Positions 47,226 to 57,740 are shown, counted from the stretch's first letter. The stretch is DNA of 64,000 nt from Candidatus Goldiibacteriota bacterium (GCA_016937715.1 JAFGWA010000005.1:5040-69039), one strand, 5' to 3'. Translations and numbers: made by a program. Notes: a model not told the origin generated them from the sequence alone.

Positions 47226-47612
47226 ATGTCAATGAGATCCCCTAAAGAAATGAAAATGCAGGAAACAATTATTAAAACTTTAAAAACTATATATTTAAAC
47301 CAGAAAGGCGCCGACGCCGTACTTACCAACATTGACAAAGCAGAAGCGGTGGTACAGGGATTATATCCGGACCTTATCGCTAAGGGAAACCAGACTTACA
47401 CTTTTAAAGTGGAAACCGAAAGCACTGTTACAGACGGGTCCGCGATAGAGTGGAAAAGTTTTTCGGAGAAAATCGGCACATTTTACCTGCTTGTTCCCGA
47501 GCCGTTAAAACCCGAAGCACTTTCAATTATAAAAAAGCTTGCCATACCGCATATTGTGATTGCCACATATAAAATCGCGGATAACAAACTTAAATTTAAC
47601 AACCTGCCATAG
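47226..47612 (+). CDS. hypothetical protein
   Basis: Good RBS AAGGAGGgtttataATG; 128 aa; no recognised motif. Confidence 0.5.
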   Translation: MSMRSPKEMKMQETIIKTLKTIYLNQKGADAVLTNIDKAEAVVQGLYPDLIAKGNQTYTFKVETESTVTDGSAIEWKSFSEKIGTFYLLVPEPLKPEALSIIKKLAIPHIVIATYKIADNKLKFNNLP

Positions 47613-47899
47613 TAAAAAACTATCAAGTCACTTTTGTGCTGATTATTTGTTCTGACCGCATTTTTTAAAGCAGGCGTTATAAAGATGGAGTGACGGATGC
47701 ACAGAGGGACAGATGGACGGAAGTAAAGCAAAGCAGATGCTTGGACGCTTGGATGGTTAGAGGGTTGGCATACAAAGCCGGGGGACAAAAGTAAATACAA
47801 ATAACAATTCAACTGCCGCGCCCTAAAGGGACGCGCCTACCAAGGCATAAAAACAAAACATCAAAACAAAACCCGTATGTGTTGTTGCGGGTTTCAAAA

Positions 47900-48102
47900 C
47901 AGGGGTTGGGTGTGTTTTTTCAGTGCGTGCCGCGTAAGTATACTGTATATGCAGCAGGGACGGTTTAATGCCGCGCCGGCAAATCCGGATGTACCGCAAG
48001 GCCACGGTTGCCAATGACGTTAACACACCGGCGGATTCAGATTTATTTGAATACAAGAACACCAATTTGCGGCGCGTGCTGAAAAAATATACCCAATCCC
48101 TG
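47900..48102. repeat. 203-bp element with 33-bp terminal inverted repeats (copy A); MITE-like or structured RNA
   Basis: 5' CAGGGGTTGGGTGTGTTTTTTCAGTGCGTGCCGC ... GCGGCGCGTGCTGAAAAAATATACCCAATCCCTG 3'. Conserved internal block TTGCCAATGACGTTAACA. Two further copies at 59313 and 59619. Confidence 0.75.
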
Positions 48103-48106
48103 TAAA

Positions 48107-48200
48107 ACCGGATGCTTGGATGCTTAGAGGCTTGGACGTTTGGTAAAAGCAATTATAAAAGGCAAATACAACTGCCGCGGGCTGAAGACCCGCGTCTACC
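48107..48200. repeat. tail module: ATGCTTGG octamer x4 plus H2 hairpin; near-identical to 59827-59935
   Basis: GGATGCTTGGATGCTTAGAGGCTTGGACGTTTGGTAAAAGCAATTATAAAAGGCAAATACAACTGCCGCGGGCTGAAGACCCGCGTCTACC. Confidence 0.75.
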
Positions 48201-48232
48201 AAATCTAAACCAAGCCGCTGAACTGCTTCTTT

Positions 48233-51200
48233 TTATTTTGTTATTATGGCTTTACAGTAGGCATCAAGCGCGGACAGCGCTTCTTCTATCCCTTTTATTT
48301 TTACATTCAACACGCCCTCTTTAAGCGATACTCCCTTAACCCCGGCTTTTGAAAGTTCCCTTGGTCCTATAGAAGGCTTATCATACCATACAATAAACAT
48401 TTCATTTTCATTTACGGATATTTCATCCGCCGCAAGCAGCCTGCCGGCAATTTTTAATTTTAAAACATAAAATATATTCTGCGCTTCCTGCGGCATTTTT
48501 CCCCAGACATCTTCAACCTGTTTTTTTACGGTTTCCGCTTCATCCGTGCTCTGCGCCGCGAAAATTCTGCGGTATATCCTTACCTTTTCGCCGGTATCCC
48601 ATACGTATTCATCCGGTATGTGCGCTTCAAAATCTGTTTTTATTTTTGTATCCTTTTCCGGCACATGCACTTCGCCTTCAAGTTCAGCCACCGCCTCTTC
48701 CAGCATCCTGCAATACATTTCAAAACCTATCTTTTCCATGTAACCGTGCTGTCTTGTGCCAAGTATATTTCCGGCGCCGCGCAGTTCAAGGTCGCGCATA
48801 GCAATGGAAAAACCCGCGCCCGGATCCACATAACTTTCAAGCGTTTTTAACCGCTCCCTTGCGGTTTCTGTCATGCCCCTTACATCCGCCACCATCATAT
48901 ACGCGTACGCCTGCCTGTCGCGGCGGCCCACCCTGCCCCTTAACTGATAAAGCTGGGACAGCCCAAACCTGTCCGCGCTGCTTACTATTATTGTATTCAC
49001 ATCCGGCATATCAAGCCCGGACTCCACTATTGTTGTGGTAATCAATACGTCAAATTTTTTATTTAAAAAATCTTCCATCAGGTGTTCCAGCTCGCCTTTA
49101 TCCATCTGCCCGTGCGCGGTTTTAAAACGTATTTCCGGCAATAATTTCTGAAGGTTCTCTTTTGTTTTTTCCAGTGTCCTTATGCTGTTGTGCACGTAAA
49201 ACACCTGGCCTTTTCTTAAGACTTCCCTTAAAATTATTTCACGCAGCACCTGCATGCGTTCCTGTATAATTACAGTCTCTATGGCTTTTTTTCCGGGCGG
49301 CGGCGTCTGTATTATGCTTATATCCCTTATGCCGGAGAGGGAAAAATACAGCGTCCTTGGAATAGGCGTGGCGGTCAGCGTTAATAAATCAGCTGACGGA
49401 TATTTTTGCCTTAAGTTTTCTTTATTCTTAACCCCAAAATGCTGCTCTTCATCTATTATCACAAGGCCGGGGTTTTTAAATTCCACAGAAGCGGATAACA
49501 CCGCGTGAGTGCCTATAAGAATATCAACTTTACCCTCTTTTAACCGCTGTAGGATTATTTTTTTATCGGAAGCTTTTACCAGCCTTGAAAGCATATCCAC
49601 TTTCACGGGATAATCCGCCATTCTTTCCCTGAAAGAATTCAGGTGCTGCGCGGCCAAAAGCGTGGTGGCGGTAAGCACAAGCACCTGTTTGCCGTCGTTT
49701 ACCGCTTTAAAAGCGGCGCGCATCGCCACCTCTGTTTTGCCAAAACCCGCGTCCCCGCATACAAGCCTGTCCATCTGTTTTTCTTTTTCCATGTCCGCCA
49801 TCACGTCATTTATGGCTTTTGCCTGGTCCGGTGTTTCCTCAAAGATAAACGCATTTTCAAAAGCTTTTACCGTGGAGTCAGATAAGCTGTACTTTATACC
49901 CGAAGAAGTTTTTCTGGACGCGTAAATCCTTAAAAGCTCCGCGGCCATTTCTTTCATCTCCCGCTCTATTGCCTCTTTTGACCGCCTGAAAACCTGTGTC
50001 CCAAGTTTGGACAAAACCGGTATTTTATCCGACCCCGTATATTTATCTATAAGGTCTATCTTGTAAATGGGAATATACAATTTATCATCGCCGAAATACT
50101 TTATATAAAGAAAGTCCCCGATTATTCCGTCAAAGTTCATATTGCGCACGCCTTCAAACACGCCTATGCCGTGCTCCCTGTGCACCACATAATCGCCTTT
50201 TTCCAGGTCAGTGTAATGCTTTAACGCTTTTAAGTTTTTGTCTTTTACCCCGCTTAAAACCTTGCCTTTATACCTGTCAAAAATTTCCCTGTTGGAAATA
50301 ACGCACAGCTTAGCTTCCGCAAAGACAAAACCCCTGTATATGTCGCCGTTTATAAATTCAACATGCGGCACCGGGCGCTCTTTTTCACGCGCTTTTTTTA
50401 TTATTATCTCTTTCAAATGCTCCGTTTCCCCCTGATTGTCAGAGGCAATATATATGGAATTTTTCTTTGTTTCCTGCGCAATCAGATAATCAAAAAGCCG
50501 GTCCATATCACGTTCAAATACGGGATTATTTGCCGCTTTTAAAGTTTGTGCTTTATTAACAGCCGATGTTTCATATACTTTAAGTTTTGGATACTTTTTT
50601 ATTTTTTTTAAGATTGTCCTTATGGTAAAAATATTTTTTTCCGCGTCTTTCGGGTCAATGTATCTTTCTATCTTTCTTATTTTTTCAAGAATCTCCCCTT
50701 TTAACCCTTCCAGCCCGTCGGTAATTACCACGGTATCGCTGCCGTTTAAATATTCAAGTATGGATGTATGCCCCCTTCTTGCCGCCCCTCCCGGGTTAAA
50801 AACAAACAGCTCCGCTTCATTTACCGAATGCGTGGTGTCAAAAGTATCCGGCGAGAAATAGCGCACAGATTCCACCGTATCGCCGAAGAATTCTATCCTT
50901 ACCGGATATTCGCCGCCCGGCGCGAACACGTCAAGTATGCTGCCCCTTACGCTGTATTCAAAACACTCGGATGCTTTTACGCATCTCTCGTACCCGTTGC
51001 TGTTAAGCGATTTTATTATTTCTTCCATTCCCGCGCCGGCGCCGGCTTTAATGTTAAACATATACCGGGATATCTCTTCCGGCGGCGCTATTTTTTCAGA
51101 AACGGCATTTATATCAGTAATTATTATTTTCCTTCCCTGCGACAGCATCAGTTTTATTGCCGCCGCCCTTTCCCTGGAAACTTCACGGGACGCTTTTAAC

Positions 51201-51472
51201 TGTGTATAAAGCAGGCTGTCATCTTCCGGGTACGCCGCAATCCGCGCGGTATGGTTAAAAATATTTTTTAAACTTAGCATTTCGCCGAAGAGAGGGTATA
51301 TATTTTCAGATGATGTAATCACCACAAGATTTTTATTTACAGCGGATGCCAGATATGAATACAGCACAGCCTTAAAAGACGGGTTCACTGAATCTGCCAG
51401 ACAGTCTTTGCCGGCAGAAAGTTTTAACGCGGTGTTTTTTAGCCCTGCTGACCTTTCAAGGGCGGATAACAT
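48233..51472 (-). CDS. mfd: transcription-repair coupling factor
   Basis: 1079 aa; Walker A GDAGFGKTEV; DEEQHFGV helicase motif II; Mfd domain order. Confidence 0.9.
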   Translation of the reverse strand: MLSALERSAGLKNTALKLSAGKDCLADSVNPSFKAVLYSYLASAVNKNLVVITSSENIYPLFGEMLSLKNIFNHTARIAAYPEDDSLLYTQLKASREVSRERAAAIKLMLSQGRKIIITDINAVSEKIAPPEEISRYMFNIKAGAGAGMEEIIKSLNSNGYERCVKASECFEYSVRGSILDVFAPGGEYPVRIEFFGDTVESVRYFSPDTFDTTHSVNEAELFVFNPGGAARRGHTSILEYLNGSDTVVITDGLEGLKGEILEKIRKIERYIDPKDAEKNIFTIRTILKKIKKYPKLKVYETSAVNKAQTLKAANNPVFERDMDRLFDYLIAQETKKNSIYIASDNQGETEHLKEIIIKKAREKERPVPHVEFINGDIYRGFVFAEAKLCVISNREIFDRYKGKVLSGVKDKNLKALKHYTDLEKGDYVVHREHGIGVFEGVRNMNFDGIIGDFLYIKYFGDDKLYIPIYKIDLIDKYTGSDKIPVLSKLGTQVFRRSKEAIEREMKEMAAELLRIYASRKTSSGIKYSLSDSTVKAFENAFIFEETPDQAKAINDVMADMEKEKQMDRLVCGDAGFGKTEVAMRAAFKAVNDGKQVLVLTATTLLAAQHLNSFRERMADYPVKVDMLSRLVKASDKKIILQRLKEGKVDILIGTHAVLSASVEFKNPGLVIIDEEQHFGVKNKENLRQKYPSADLLTLTATPIPRTLYFSLSGIRDISIIQTPPPGKKAIETVIIQERMQVLREIILREVLRKGQVFYVHNSIRTLEKTKENLQKLLPEIRFKTAHGQMDKGELEHLMEDFLNKKFDVLITTTIVESGLDMPDVNTIIVSSADRFGLSQLYQLRGRVGRRDRQAYAYMMVADVRGMTETARERLKTLESYVDPGAGFSIAMRDLELRGAGNILGTRQHGYMEKIGFEMYCRMLEEAVAELEGEVHVPEKDTKIKTDFEAHIPDEYVWDTGEKVRIYRRIFAAQSTDEAETVKKQVEDVWGKMPQEAQNIFYVLKLKIAGRLLAADEISVNENEMFIVWYDKPSIGPRELSKAGVKGVSLKEGVLNVKIKGIEEALSALDAYCKAIITK

Positions 51473-51950
51473 TGGATATCAGCTGCTGCAGCGGAAGGTC
51501 CAGCTTAAAATAAATTACAGCCCACATAAAAACATTAGCCTGAATTCCGGCTATTACGTCATCTATCATTATGCCGGTACCGCCGGGGAGAGATTCTGAC
51601 TGCCTTGCAGGAAAAAGTTTTATTATGTCAAAAAAACGCGAAGCGAAAAAACCTATTATCATCCTTGAATCCGTATAAGGTATAAACATCATAGTCACCA
51701 TATAGCCCGCCACTTCATCTATTACCACCCGTGACGGGTCTTTCTTTCCGTGTATCACAATCGCGTAATTGGAAGCCCATATACCGGCAAGCACCAGTAT
51801 TACAGTAATTATTACGTATGGCGCGGGGTGCATATCACGCAGAAAAAACCAGTACACGGGAAGAAACGCGAAAGTGGCCACAGTGCCGGACGCCTTGGGC
51901 GCGTAGCCGGTATAAAAAAACGAGGTAAAAATTATTATAAGTTGCCTCAT
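51456..51950 (-). CDS. pgpA: phosphatidylglycerophosphatase A
   Basis: PgpA family (...FFYTGYAPKASGTVATF...); overlaps mfd by 17 nt and pgsA by 1 nt. Confidence 0.8.
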   Translation of the reverse strand: MRQLIIIFTSFFYTGYAPKASGTVATFAFLPVYWFFLRDMHPAPYVIITVILVLAGIWASNYAIVIHGKKDPSRVVIDEVAGYMVTMMFIPYTDSRMIIGFFASRFFDIIKLFPARQSESLPGGTGIMIDDVIAGIQANVFMWAVIYFKLDLPLQQLISNVIRP

Positions 51951-52570
51951 TACAGCTCACTTTCAAAAATTGATTTATTCTTGAAAAAATATTCCATACC
52001 GGAAATAAGGGAAAAAGAAGCCGCTATGAAGAAAAGGATGTACGGAATAACCTTAAGCATCCAGGTATCCTGGCTGACATCCATAAGTTCCCCAGCGTTT
52101 ATACCGTAAAATACAAGGGTCTTGTGTATGGATATTAAAAGAAGCGTGGCGGAAATAGCCGTCATTTCCGTGGCGGTCTTTAACTTGCCCCATTTGCTTG
52201 CCGCTATTATTTTTCCCTGCTGAGCCGCCATGGTCCTGATTCCGGATACAAAAAATTCCCTGCTGATAATTATTATCACCATCCACACCGGCGCCACCTG
52301 AAGGTGCACAAAACATAACAGGGCGGCAAGTACAAGTATCTTATCCGCCAGCGGGTCCATTACCTGCCCAAAAACACTTATTATGTTATATTTTCTTGCT
52401 AAATAGCCGTCAAAAAAATCACTTATGGCCGCGATTAAAAAAATACCCAGCGCCACATAATTCCACATAAGCCTTTCAGCCAGTATCGTCGGAATAAACG
52501 CAAACGTGATTATTATCCTGAACATTGTAATTCTGTTTGGAAGTTTCTTAAGATTCTCGCTTATCTGCAT
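51950..52570 (-). CDS. pgsA: CDP-diacylglycerol--glycerol-3-phosphate 3-phosphatidyltransferase
   Basis: CDP-alcohol phosphatidyltransferase motif DFFDGYLAR...GQVMDPLADK. Confidence 0.85.
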   Translation of the reverse strand: MQISENLKKLPNRITMFRIIITFAFIPTILAERLMWNYVALGIFLIAAISDFFDGYLARKYNIISVFGQVMDPLADKILVLAALLCFVHLQVAPVWMVIIIISREFFVSGIRTMAAQQGKIIAASKWGKLKTATEMTAISATLLLISIHKTLVFYGINAGELMDVSQDTWMLKVIPYILFFIAASFSLISGMEYFFKNKSIFESEL

Positions 52571-53865
52571 ATTTCCCCTTTCAGGTCATAACCCTGTACG
52601 CCGGTTATTTTCACGTTACAGAAACTGCCGGATGATAACTTTTTAGAAGGCTTTATAAGCACATAACTGTCAATGTCCGGCGCGTTGCCCTGTGTGCGTG
52701 CGGCGTAAGTGTTATTATTTTTCATTCCCGCAATTAAAACTTTTACTTTTTTCCCGCGCAACGTTACTTTATTATATGCGTATTTTTCGGCTGAATCAAC
52801 CATTAATATGTCACGCCTTCTCTCACACTCTTTTTTTGCGATTTTTCCTTTTAAAGTATAAGCATACGTGCCCGGTTCGTCAGAATACGCAAAAAAACCG
52901 GCCCTGTCTATCAAACCCTGATTTATAAACTCCCTAAGTTCGTTAAAGCGCGCCTTTGTCTCGCCGGGATATCCGGTGATAAAAGCGCTTCTTATTATTA
53001 TGCCGGGCACCTGTTCTTTTAAATATGAAATAATGTCAATTATATCTTTTTTTCTGTAACCGCGCCTCATGCTTTTTAAGATATCATCATTAACGTGCTG
53101 GAAAGGCATATCAATATAACGGCAAAGCCTTTCATCTTTTTTCATTACTTTTACAACCCTTTTTATAATTTCAAGATCCGGATAAAGGTATAAAAGACGC
53201 AGCCAGAAATATTTTTTTGTTTTTTTAAGTATTGCTTCAAGCAGTTTATCCAGTTTCTTTTCGCCGTAAATATCCGCGCCGTAATATACAAGATCCTGCG
53301 AAATAAGGTTTATCTCTTTTATCCCCGACTGCGTCATACCGCGCGTTTCTTTTACAATATCTTCAATTGTCCTGCTTCTATACTTGCCTTTTATGAACGG
53401 GATGGTGCAGAAACCGCATTTATGGTTGCACCCTTCGGAAATTTTAACATACGCGGAATAAGAGTTTAAAAGAGCGGTGTGGTTTTTGCCTTTATAGATA
53501 AACGGCTTTTCATTTACAAATTCACCGCCTTTTTCCACCGCGATTTTTATACTTTCTATATTATTGACGCCCACCCATGCATGCACGCCCTTAAACTTTT
53601 CCTTTAAACCCTTTAAATCTTTGGAAACAAAACACCCCGCAACCACAACTTTTAAAGCGGGATTTTTTTTCTTTAGGGAAAGCATTTCCGTAATCGCGCC
53701 GGATGATTCTTCCCGCGCGCTTCTTAAAAACGCGCAGGTATTAATTAATATGACATCGGCATCAGACGGGTCTGTGGTTAAAAGGGCGTTATCAAGGCAT
53801 GAAAGCATGCACTCTGTATCAACCGTATTTTTTGGGCACCCAAGGCTTATGACTCCAAGTTTCAT
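52561..53865 (-). CDS. rimO: ribosomal protein S12 methylthiotransferase (MiaB-family radical SAM)
   Basis: N-terminal MTTase LGCPKN; radical-SAM CNHKCGFC; C-terminal TRAM domain; about 434 aa. Confidence 0.8.
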   Translation of the reverse strand: MKLGVISLGCPKNTVDTECMLSCLDNALLTTDPSDADVILINTCAFLRSAREESSGAITEMLSLKKKNPALKVVVAGCFVSKDLKGLKEKFKGVHAWVGVNNIESIKIAVEKGGEFVNEKPFIYKGKNHTALLNSYSAYVKISEGCNHKCGFCTIPFIKGKYRSRTIEDIVKETRGMTQSGIKEINLISQDLVYYGADIYGEKKLDKLLEAILKKTKKYFWLRLLYLYPDLEIIKRVVKVMKKDERLCRYIDMPFQHVNDDILKSMRRGYRKKDIIDIISYLKEQVPGIIIRSAFITGYPGETKARFNELREFINQGLIDRAGFFAYSDEPGTYAYTLKGKIAKKECERRRDILMVDSAEKYAYNKVTLRGKKVKVLIAGMKNNNTYAARTQGNAPDIDSYVLIKPSKKLSSGSFCNVKITGVQGYDLKGEICR

Positions 53866-53894
53866 ATTAATACCCCTTGGGTGATAATTTATTT

Positions 53895-54398
53895 TTACGA
53901 ACGGAAGTTCGTGAACTGCATATCAATTCCAAAATCCTTCTGCTTTAACTGCGCCATAACTTCCTGAAGGTCGTCAAGTTTCGGCCCTGACACCCTTACC
54001 ACGTCTTTCTGGATGGAAGCCTGTATCTTTTTCAGCCCAAGCTCTTTTATATATTTCACTATATCTTTTGCCTTATCCTGCGGGATTCCGTCCTGTATGG
54101 CGATGTCCTGGTGCATTTTATCCATGCCGGTCTGGACAGGTTCTGAATCAGTAAGCGCCTTTACAGGAATGCCCCTTTTAATAAGCTTATTCTTAAGCAC
54201 GTCATTGGCGGCGCGTACTTTATAGTCGTCAGTTGATTTTATTGTTATTTTTTTATCCTCTTTTTTCAGTTCAATTTCTGTATTGCTGTCGCGGAAATCA
54301 TACCTGTTGGTTATTTCCCTTAACGCCTGGTCTATGGCGTTAACAACTTCCTGCATGTCCACCTTTGAAGAAATGTCAAATGAGTTATCGCCTGCCAT
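53895..54398 (-). CDS. yajQ: YajQ-family (UPF0234) nucleotide-binding protein
   Basis: SFDISSKVDMQEVVNAIDQA... matches the YajQ N-terminus; 167 aa. Confidence 0.8.
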   Translation of the reverse strand: MAGDNSFDISSKVDMQEVVNAIDQALREITNRYDFRDSNTEIELKKEDKKITIKSTDDYKVRAANDVLKNKLIKRGIPVKALTDSEPVQTGMDKMHQDIAIQDGIPQDKAKDIVKYIKELGLKKIQASIQKDVVRVSGPKLDDLQEVMAQLKQKDFGIDMQFTNFRS

Positions 54399-54414
54399 TT
54401 AATAATTCCTCCTT

Positions 54415-55299
54415 TTACTGTTCAGCCGGAGTTTCTACAGCAGCCGGCTCCTGTTCTGTTACTTCTGTGGGCACGGCAGTAGGAACCTCAGTGGGTTTTC
54501 TTGCGCCCTGCGTAAAGCCCTGTCCCTTATCTATGTACCAGTTCTTTCCCGACTGGAAAACAAGGCCGTTTATCACTTCTCCATCTTCGCCTATGGCTCC
54601 TATTGATTCGCCGTTTACCGTAAATTCAATTCCCGCCGCATTGCCGATAAGAAAAACAATCTTTGTTATGTCTTTCCACCTTTTATCCATGCCTTTTTTC
54701 AGAAGAAAATCTTCTTCTCCGTTGTCATGCCTTACCTTTATCCAGGTATCCGCTTTCCCCTTTGCAAAAACATTAAGGGTTTCTGTCTGCCCCGGAACGG
54801 GATAAACAGATTTATTTCCTTCCGATTTTTTTCCGCCGAGCACGGCAAAAAGTATAATGGCCAGAACAAGAAGCGCCGCCGCGGAAATAACAATGATAAG
54901 GTTTCTTTTATTATTTAAAGTAAGCTCCATGCCTCCGGCTTTTAATGCCGGCGTTTCCGCCTGTTTTTCGTGGTCATGCTGCGCCTCTTTAAGCACGCTT
55001 TTTGCAAAATCATCTTTTATAATCTCTTTGCCTATCCTGTGTATCTCTTTTTCAGTCTGCTGGCCTTCCGGCGTCTGGTCAAATAAAGATATAATCTGAG
55101 CTTCTTCCAGTTTTAAAAAACGCGCGTACGTGCGCAGAAAAAGCCTCATATAAACAGGCTTTTCAAAAGCGGTGGCATCTTCCTCTTCCAGCGCCTTTAA
55201 ATATACAGGATCCACTTTCAGTTCTTTATGCAGGTCCTGAAATTTCAGGTTTCTTGACTCTCTTGCTTTCTTTAAAAGTTCTCCGTATCCTTTTGACAT
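54415..55299 (-). CDS. rodZ: RodZ-like cytoskeleton protein: HTH, TM helix, C-terminal DUF4115-like domain
   Basis: N-terminal XRE-type HTH (GELLKKARESRNLKFQDL), a single TM helix, and a Pro/Thr/Glu-rich C-terminus. Confidence 0.55.
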   Translation of the reverse strand: MSKGYGELLKKARESRNLKFQDLHKELKVDPVYLKALEEEDATAFEKPVYMRLFLRTYARFLKLEEAQIISLFDQTPEGQQTEKEIHRIGKEIIKDDFAKSVLKEAQHDHEKQAETPALKAGGMELTLNNKRNLIIVISAAALLVLAIILFAVLGGKKSEGNKSVYPVPGQTETLNVFAKGKADTWIKVRHDNGEEDFLLKKGMDKRWKDITKIVFLIGNAAGIEFTVNGESIGAIGEDGEVINGLVFQSGKNWYIDKGQGFTQGARKPTEVPTAVPTEVTEQEPAAVETPAEQ

Positions 55300-55315
55300 T
55301 TATTGCTCCTCTCGT

Positions 55316-56287
55316 TTACTTTATTATCGGGTTTCCCTGCATAAGGTCAGACGCTTCTATTATTTCAATGCCTTCCGGCGCTTTGAAAGTAAAGGCACTG
55401 TCCTTAAACTCGGGCAATAAATCCGCTTTTTCAGCGGAATATTTTTTTATGTTTGAAAAAACCGATTCCACTATCATCGCTTCATACTTCATCTTCATGG
55501 ATTCAGGGAACAGCGTCTCTTTATTCACCTTTACCGTAAGCTCATCAAAAGCCATTTCCTGTTTTTTTATGGGAATCATTTTTATCAGATAGAAATTTTC
55601 CGAAACAGTAAGGGTGGACCTGCTTCTTTTGGAAAAGTACGCTATTGAAGATTCAAAATCTATGTAAAATTTTGAATTAAAACTCATCTGTTCCACATCC
55701 TGCTTTATTGCCTGGCTTAAAACAGGGGTGTATACCCAGACCGTCTTTCCGTCAGATATAAGCTGCTGCTCTGTGGGTTCGGAATAAATCACTTTGAATT
55801 TGTCCGGTTTTACTATGTAAGCAAGCCCTTTTATTCTCTGCGAAGTATCAGCGTCAGTGTATTTTGTGTTTATGTCAATATTCATAACAATTGCTTTTCT
55901 TTTAACCTGAGCCGCCTCTATCTTTTCAATGACTTCCCCAAGGGTAATTTCTTCTTTTTTTACCGGAGTACTTACCGCCTTGGTTTTAACAGCCGGAGTT
56001 GACACTTTCTTTACCGCTGTTTTAGTGGCAGTGGGCGCTGTTTTCGCTTCTTTTGTGGAAGTCGGCGACGGTTTTGCTTTTGTCGGGACTGCAGTCAAAG
56101 TAAATGTCAATGTGGCTGTCTGTGTGGGTTCTTCTTTTACTGACCGTGCCTGAACCGCGGCCTGCGCGGTAGCGTCTGCCGCAGCTGAAATATCCGCGTC
56201 TTTTACAACTGTTTTACTTTCAGTAGCACAGCTGATTAAAAACATCATATAAATCAATAATAAACCTATAACAATTTTTTTATTCAT
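55316..56287 (-). CDS. LolA-like lipoprotein with an Ala/Thr/Lys-rich linker
   Basis: Lipobox LISC; low-complexity linker; the C-terminal domain with ...SDGKTVWVYTP... is typical of the LolA/LppX fold. Confidence 0.55.
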   Translation of the reverse strand: MNKKIVIGLLLIYMMFLISCATESKTVVKDADISAAADATAQAAVQARSVKEEPTQTATLTFTLTAVPTKAKPSPTSTKEAKTAPTATKTAVKKVSTPAVKTKAVSTPVKKEEITLGEVIEKIEAAQVKRKAIVMNIDINTKYTDADTSQRIKGLAYIVKPDKFKVIYSEPTEQQLISDGKTVWVYTPVLSQAIKQDVEQMSFNSKFYIDFESSIAYFSKRSRSTLTVSENFYLIKMIPIKKQEMAFDELTVKVNKETLFPESMKMKYEAMIVESVFSNIKKYSAEKADLLPEFKDSAFTFKAPEGIEIIEASDLMQGNPIIK

Positions 56288-56471
56288 ATTAAGGTCCTCC
56301 TGTACGGCAACTTACCGCCTAACCATTGTAATGATAAAATCCTTTAAAATCAAGAAAAAAGATAAGTAATTGATGGTTAGATGCTTAGAAGCTTAGATGT
56401 TTGATTGAATCTAATGCGCTAAGATAAATTGCACACCAATAAAAATCCATCAAGGGAAACAGCTATACAAC

Positions 56472-57740
56472 CTAATCTCCAATTTTATCTTTTAAGTTTA
56501 TCTCCATTTTTTTTTGTCCGGAAAATAAATGTGCTTTTCCATCATCTTCTATTTTATAAATCGCCCAATCTTCATTTAAATTCCAACTTTTACCATTAGA
56601 AATATTAAAAAACATCATAGTCTCACGACCTGGTCCATAAGACCTGCATGGTATTCCCAAATATTTTCCATTTGAAGATATTTTAAATTCATGAAAACTA
56701 TAACCAGAATTCGGAAATTCAAACAATTTTGTGCCTTCCGCATTAAAAACATATAAATTGCAATAATTAGAATCTTCCCAATCACCATAGGTGCTTAAAA
56801 CAACATTGCCATTTTGTAAAATCTTTATATCACTTGCATTTGCGTCTTGGCGTTTGCCTATTTCTGTTTTCCATAGTTTTTCGCCTTTCTCGTTCTCTAT
56901 TTCTAATTCTAAAGTCGACGGATAATTTTCATCATCAGTATAATAGTATTTACCGTCAATAAGTTCCAGACGGTAAGTCAACTTTGCAATTTTACTTCCA
57001 TCATCTGATATATTTATGCTACTGGACTCTTGAATTGTTCCAGGCAATAATTTACCATCAGAATCTTTTATTTTTCGCTTCAAAGATACCATTCTTAAAT
57101 CAACTAACTTAATAATATTATCTTTTTCATCAAAAAAAGTTATCTCATTTAAATCGTACGTATATATCCTTTCACCTTTTAAATTAAATACCTGCTTTTT
57201 AGGACTAAATTCATTTCCCGTTCTAAGATTATAACTAACCACAATAAAATCGTTTACAAACTTTATCGAATCAATCACTCCATAAAATGTCCCCGTTCCA
57301 ATCTGTTTTTTCCAAACCTCTTCACCTAAACTATCTAATAGTATCAACTCTAAATTGCATACGCCGTTGCCTCCGCATTGAGGTATTTTTTCATCATCAA
57401 AAAAATTTCCACTGCACTTTATCAAAGCCACTTGATTTTTATTTTCGGCAATACAAAATTTATGAAACTCTATAACCTTTCCAACAACACCATTTGAATT
57501 TATCTGTTTTATTTGCCGTTCCGTGGATAACCGCTTTATTTCTTCGCCTTTTTTATTTAAAACAGTTAGAATGTAATTCATATGATTAAATTCATAAATC
57601 GCGCTTATAACAAACGGGCCTCTTTCTTCAATTATTCTTACATTTTGATTCGCAGTTTTACTTTCTGAAATTCCCAACCCACCAACTATAAAAATTAAAA
57701 ATAATAATTTAACAATTGTTACTCCTCTTTTTTTATTCAT
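56472..57740 (-). CDS. hypothetical secreted protein (AT-rich, Asn/Lys-rich)
   Basis: Signal peptide; compositionally foreign; no motif recognised. Confidence 0.5.
   Translation of the reverse strand: MNKKRGVTIVKLLFLIFIVGGLGISESKTANQNVRIIEERGPFVISAIYEFNHMNYILTVLNKKGEEIKRLSTERQIKQINSNGVVGKVIEFHKFCIAENKNQVALIKCSGNFFDDEKIPQCGGNGVCNLELILLDSLGEEVWKKQIGTGTFYGVIDSIKFVNDFIVVSYNLRTGNEFSPKKQVFNLKGERIYTYDLNEITFFDEKDNIIKLVDLRMVSLKRKIKDSDGKLLPGTIQESSSINISDDGSKIAKLTYRLELIDGKYYYTDDENYPSTLELEIENEKGEKLWKTEIGKRQDANASDIKILQNGNVVLSTYGDWEDSNYCNLYVFNAEGTKLFEFPNSGYSFHEFKISSNGKYLGIPCRSYGPGRETMMFFNISNGKSWNLNEDWAIYKIEDDGKAHLFSGQKKMEINLKDKIGD

Noticed and set aside
47823-48152. 109-aa ORF (and relatives at 59173-59475, 59653-59871, 48020-48202, 59433-59615, 27222-27422) with mutually similar translations
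   Set aside because: They lie entirely inside the repeated 203-bp and tail modules. Their similarity is explained by DNA repetition, and they have no RBS or coding-like composition. Treated as non-coding repeats.
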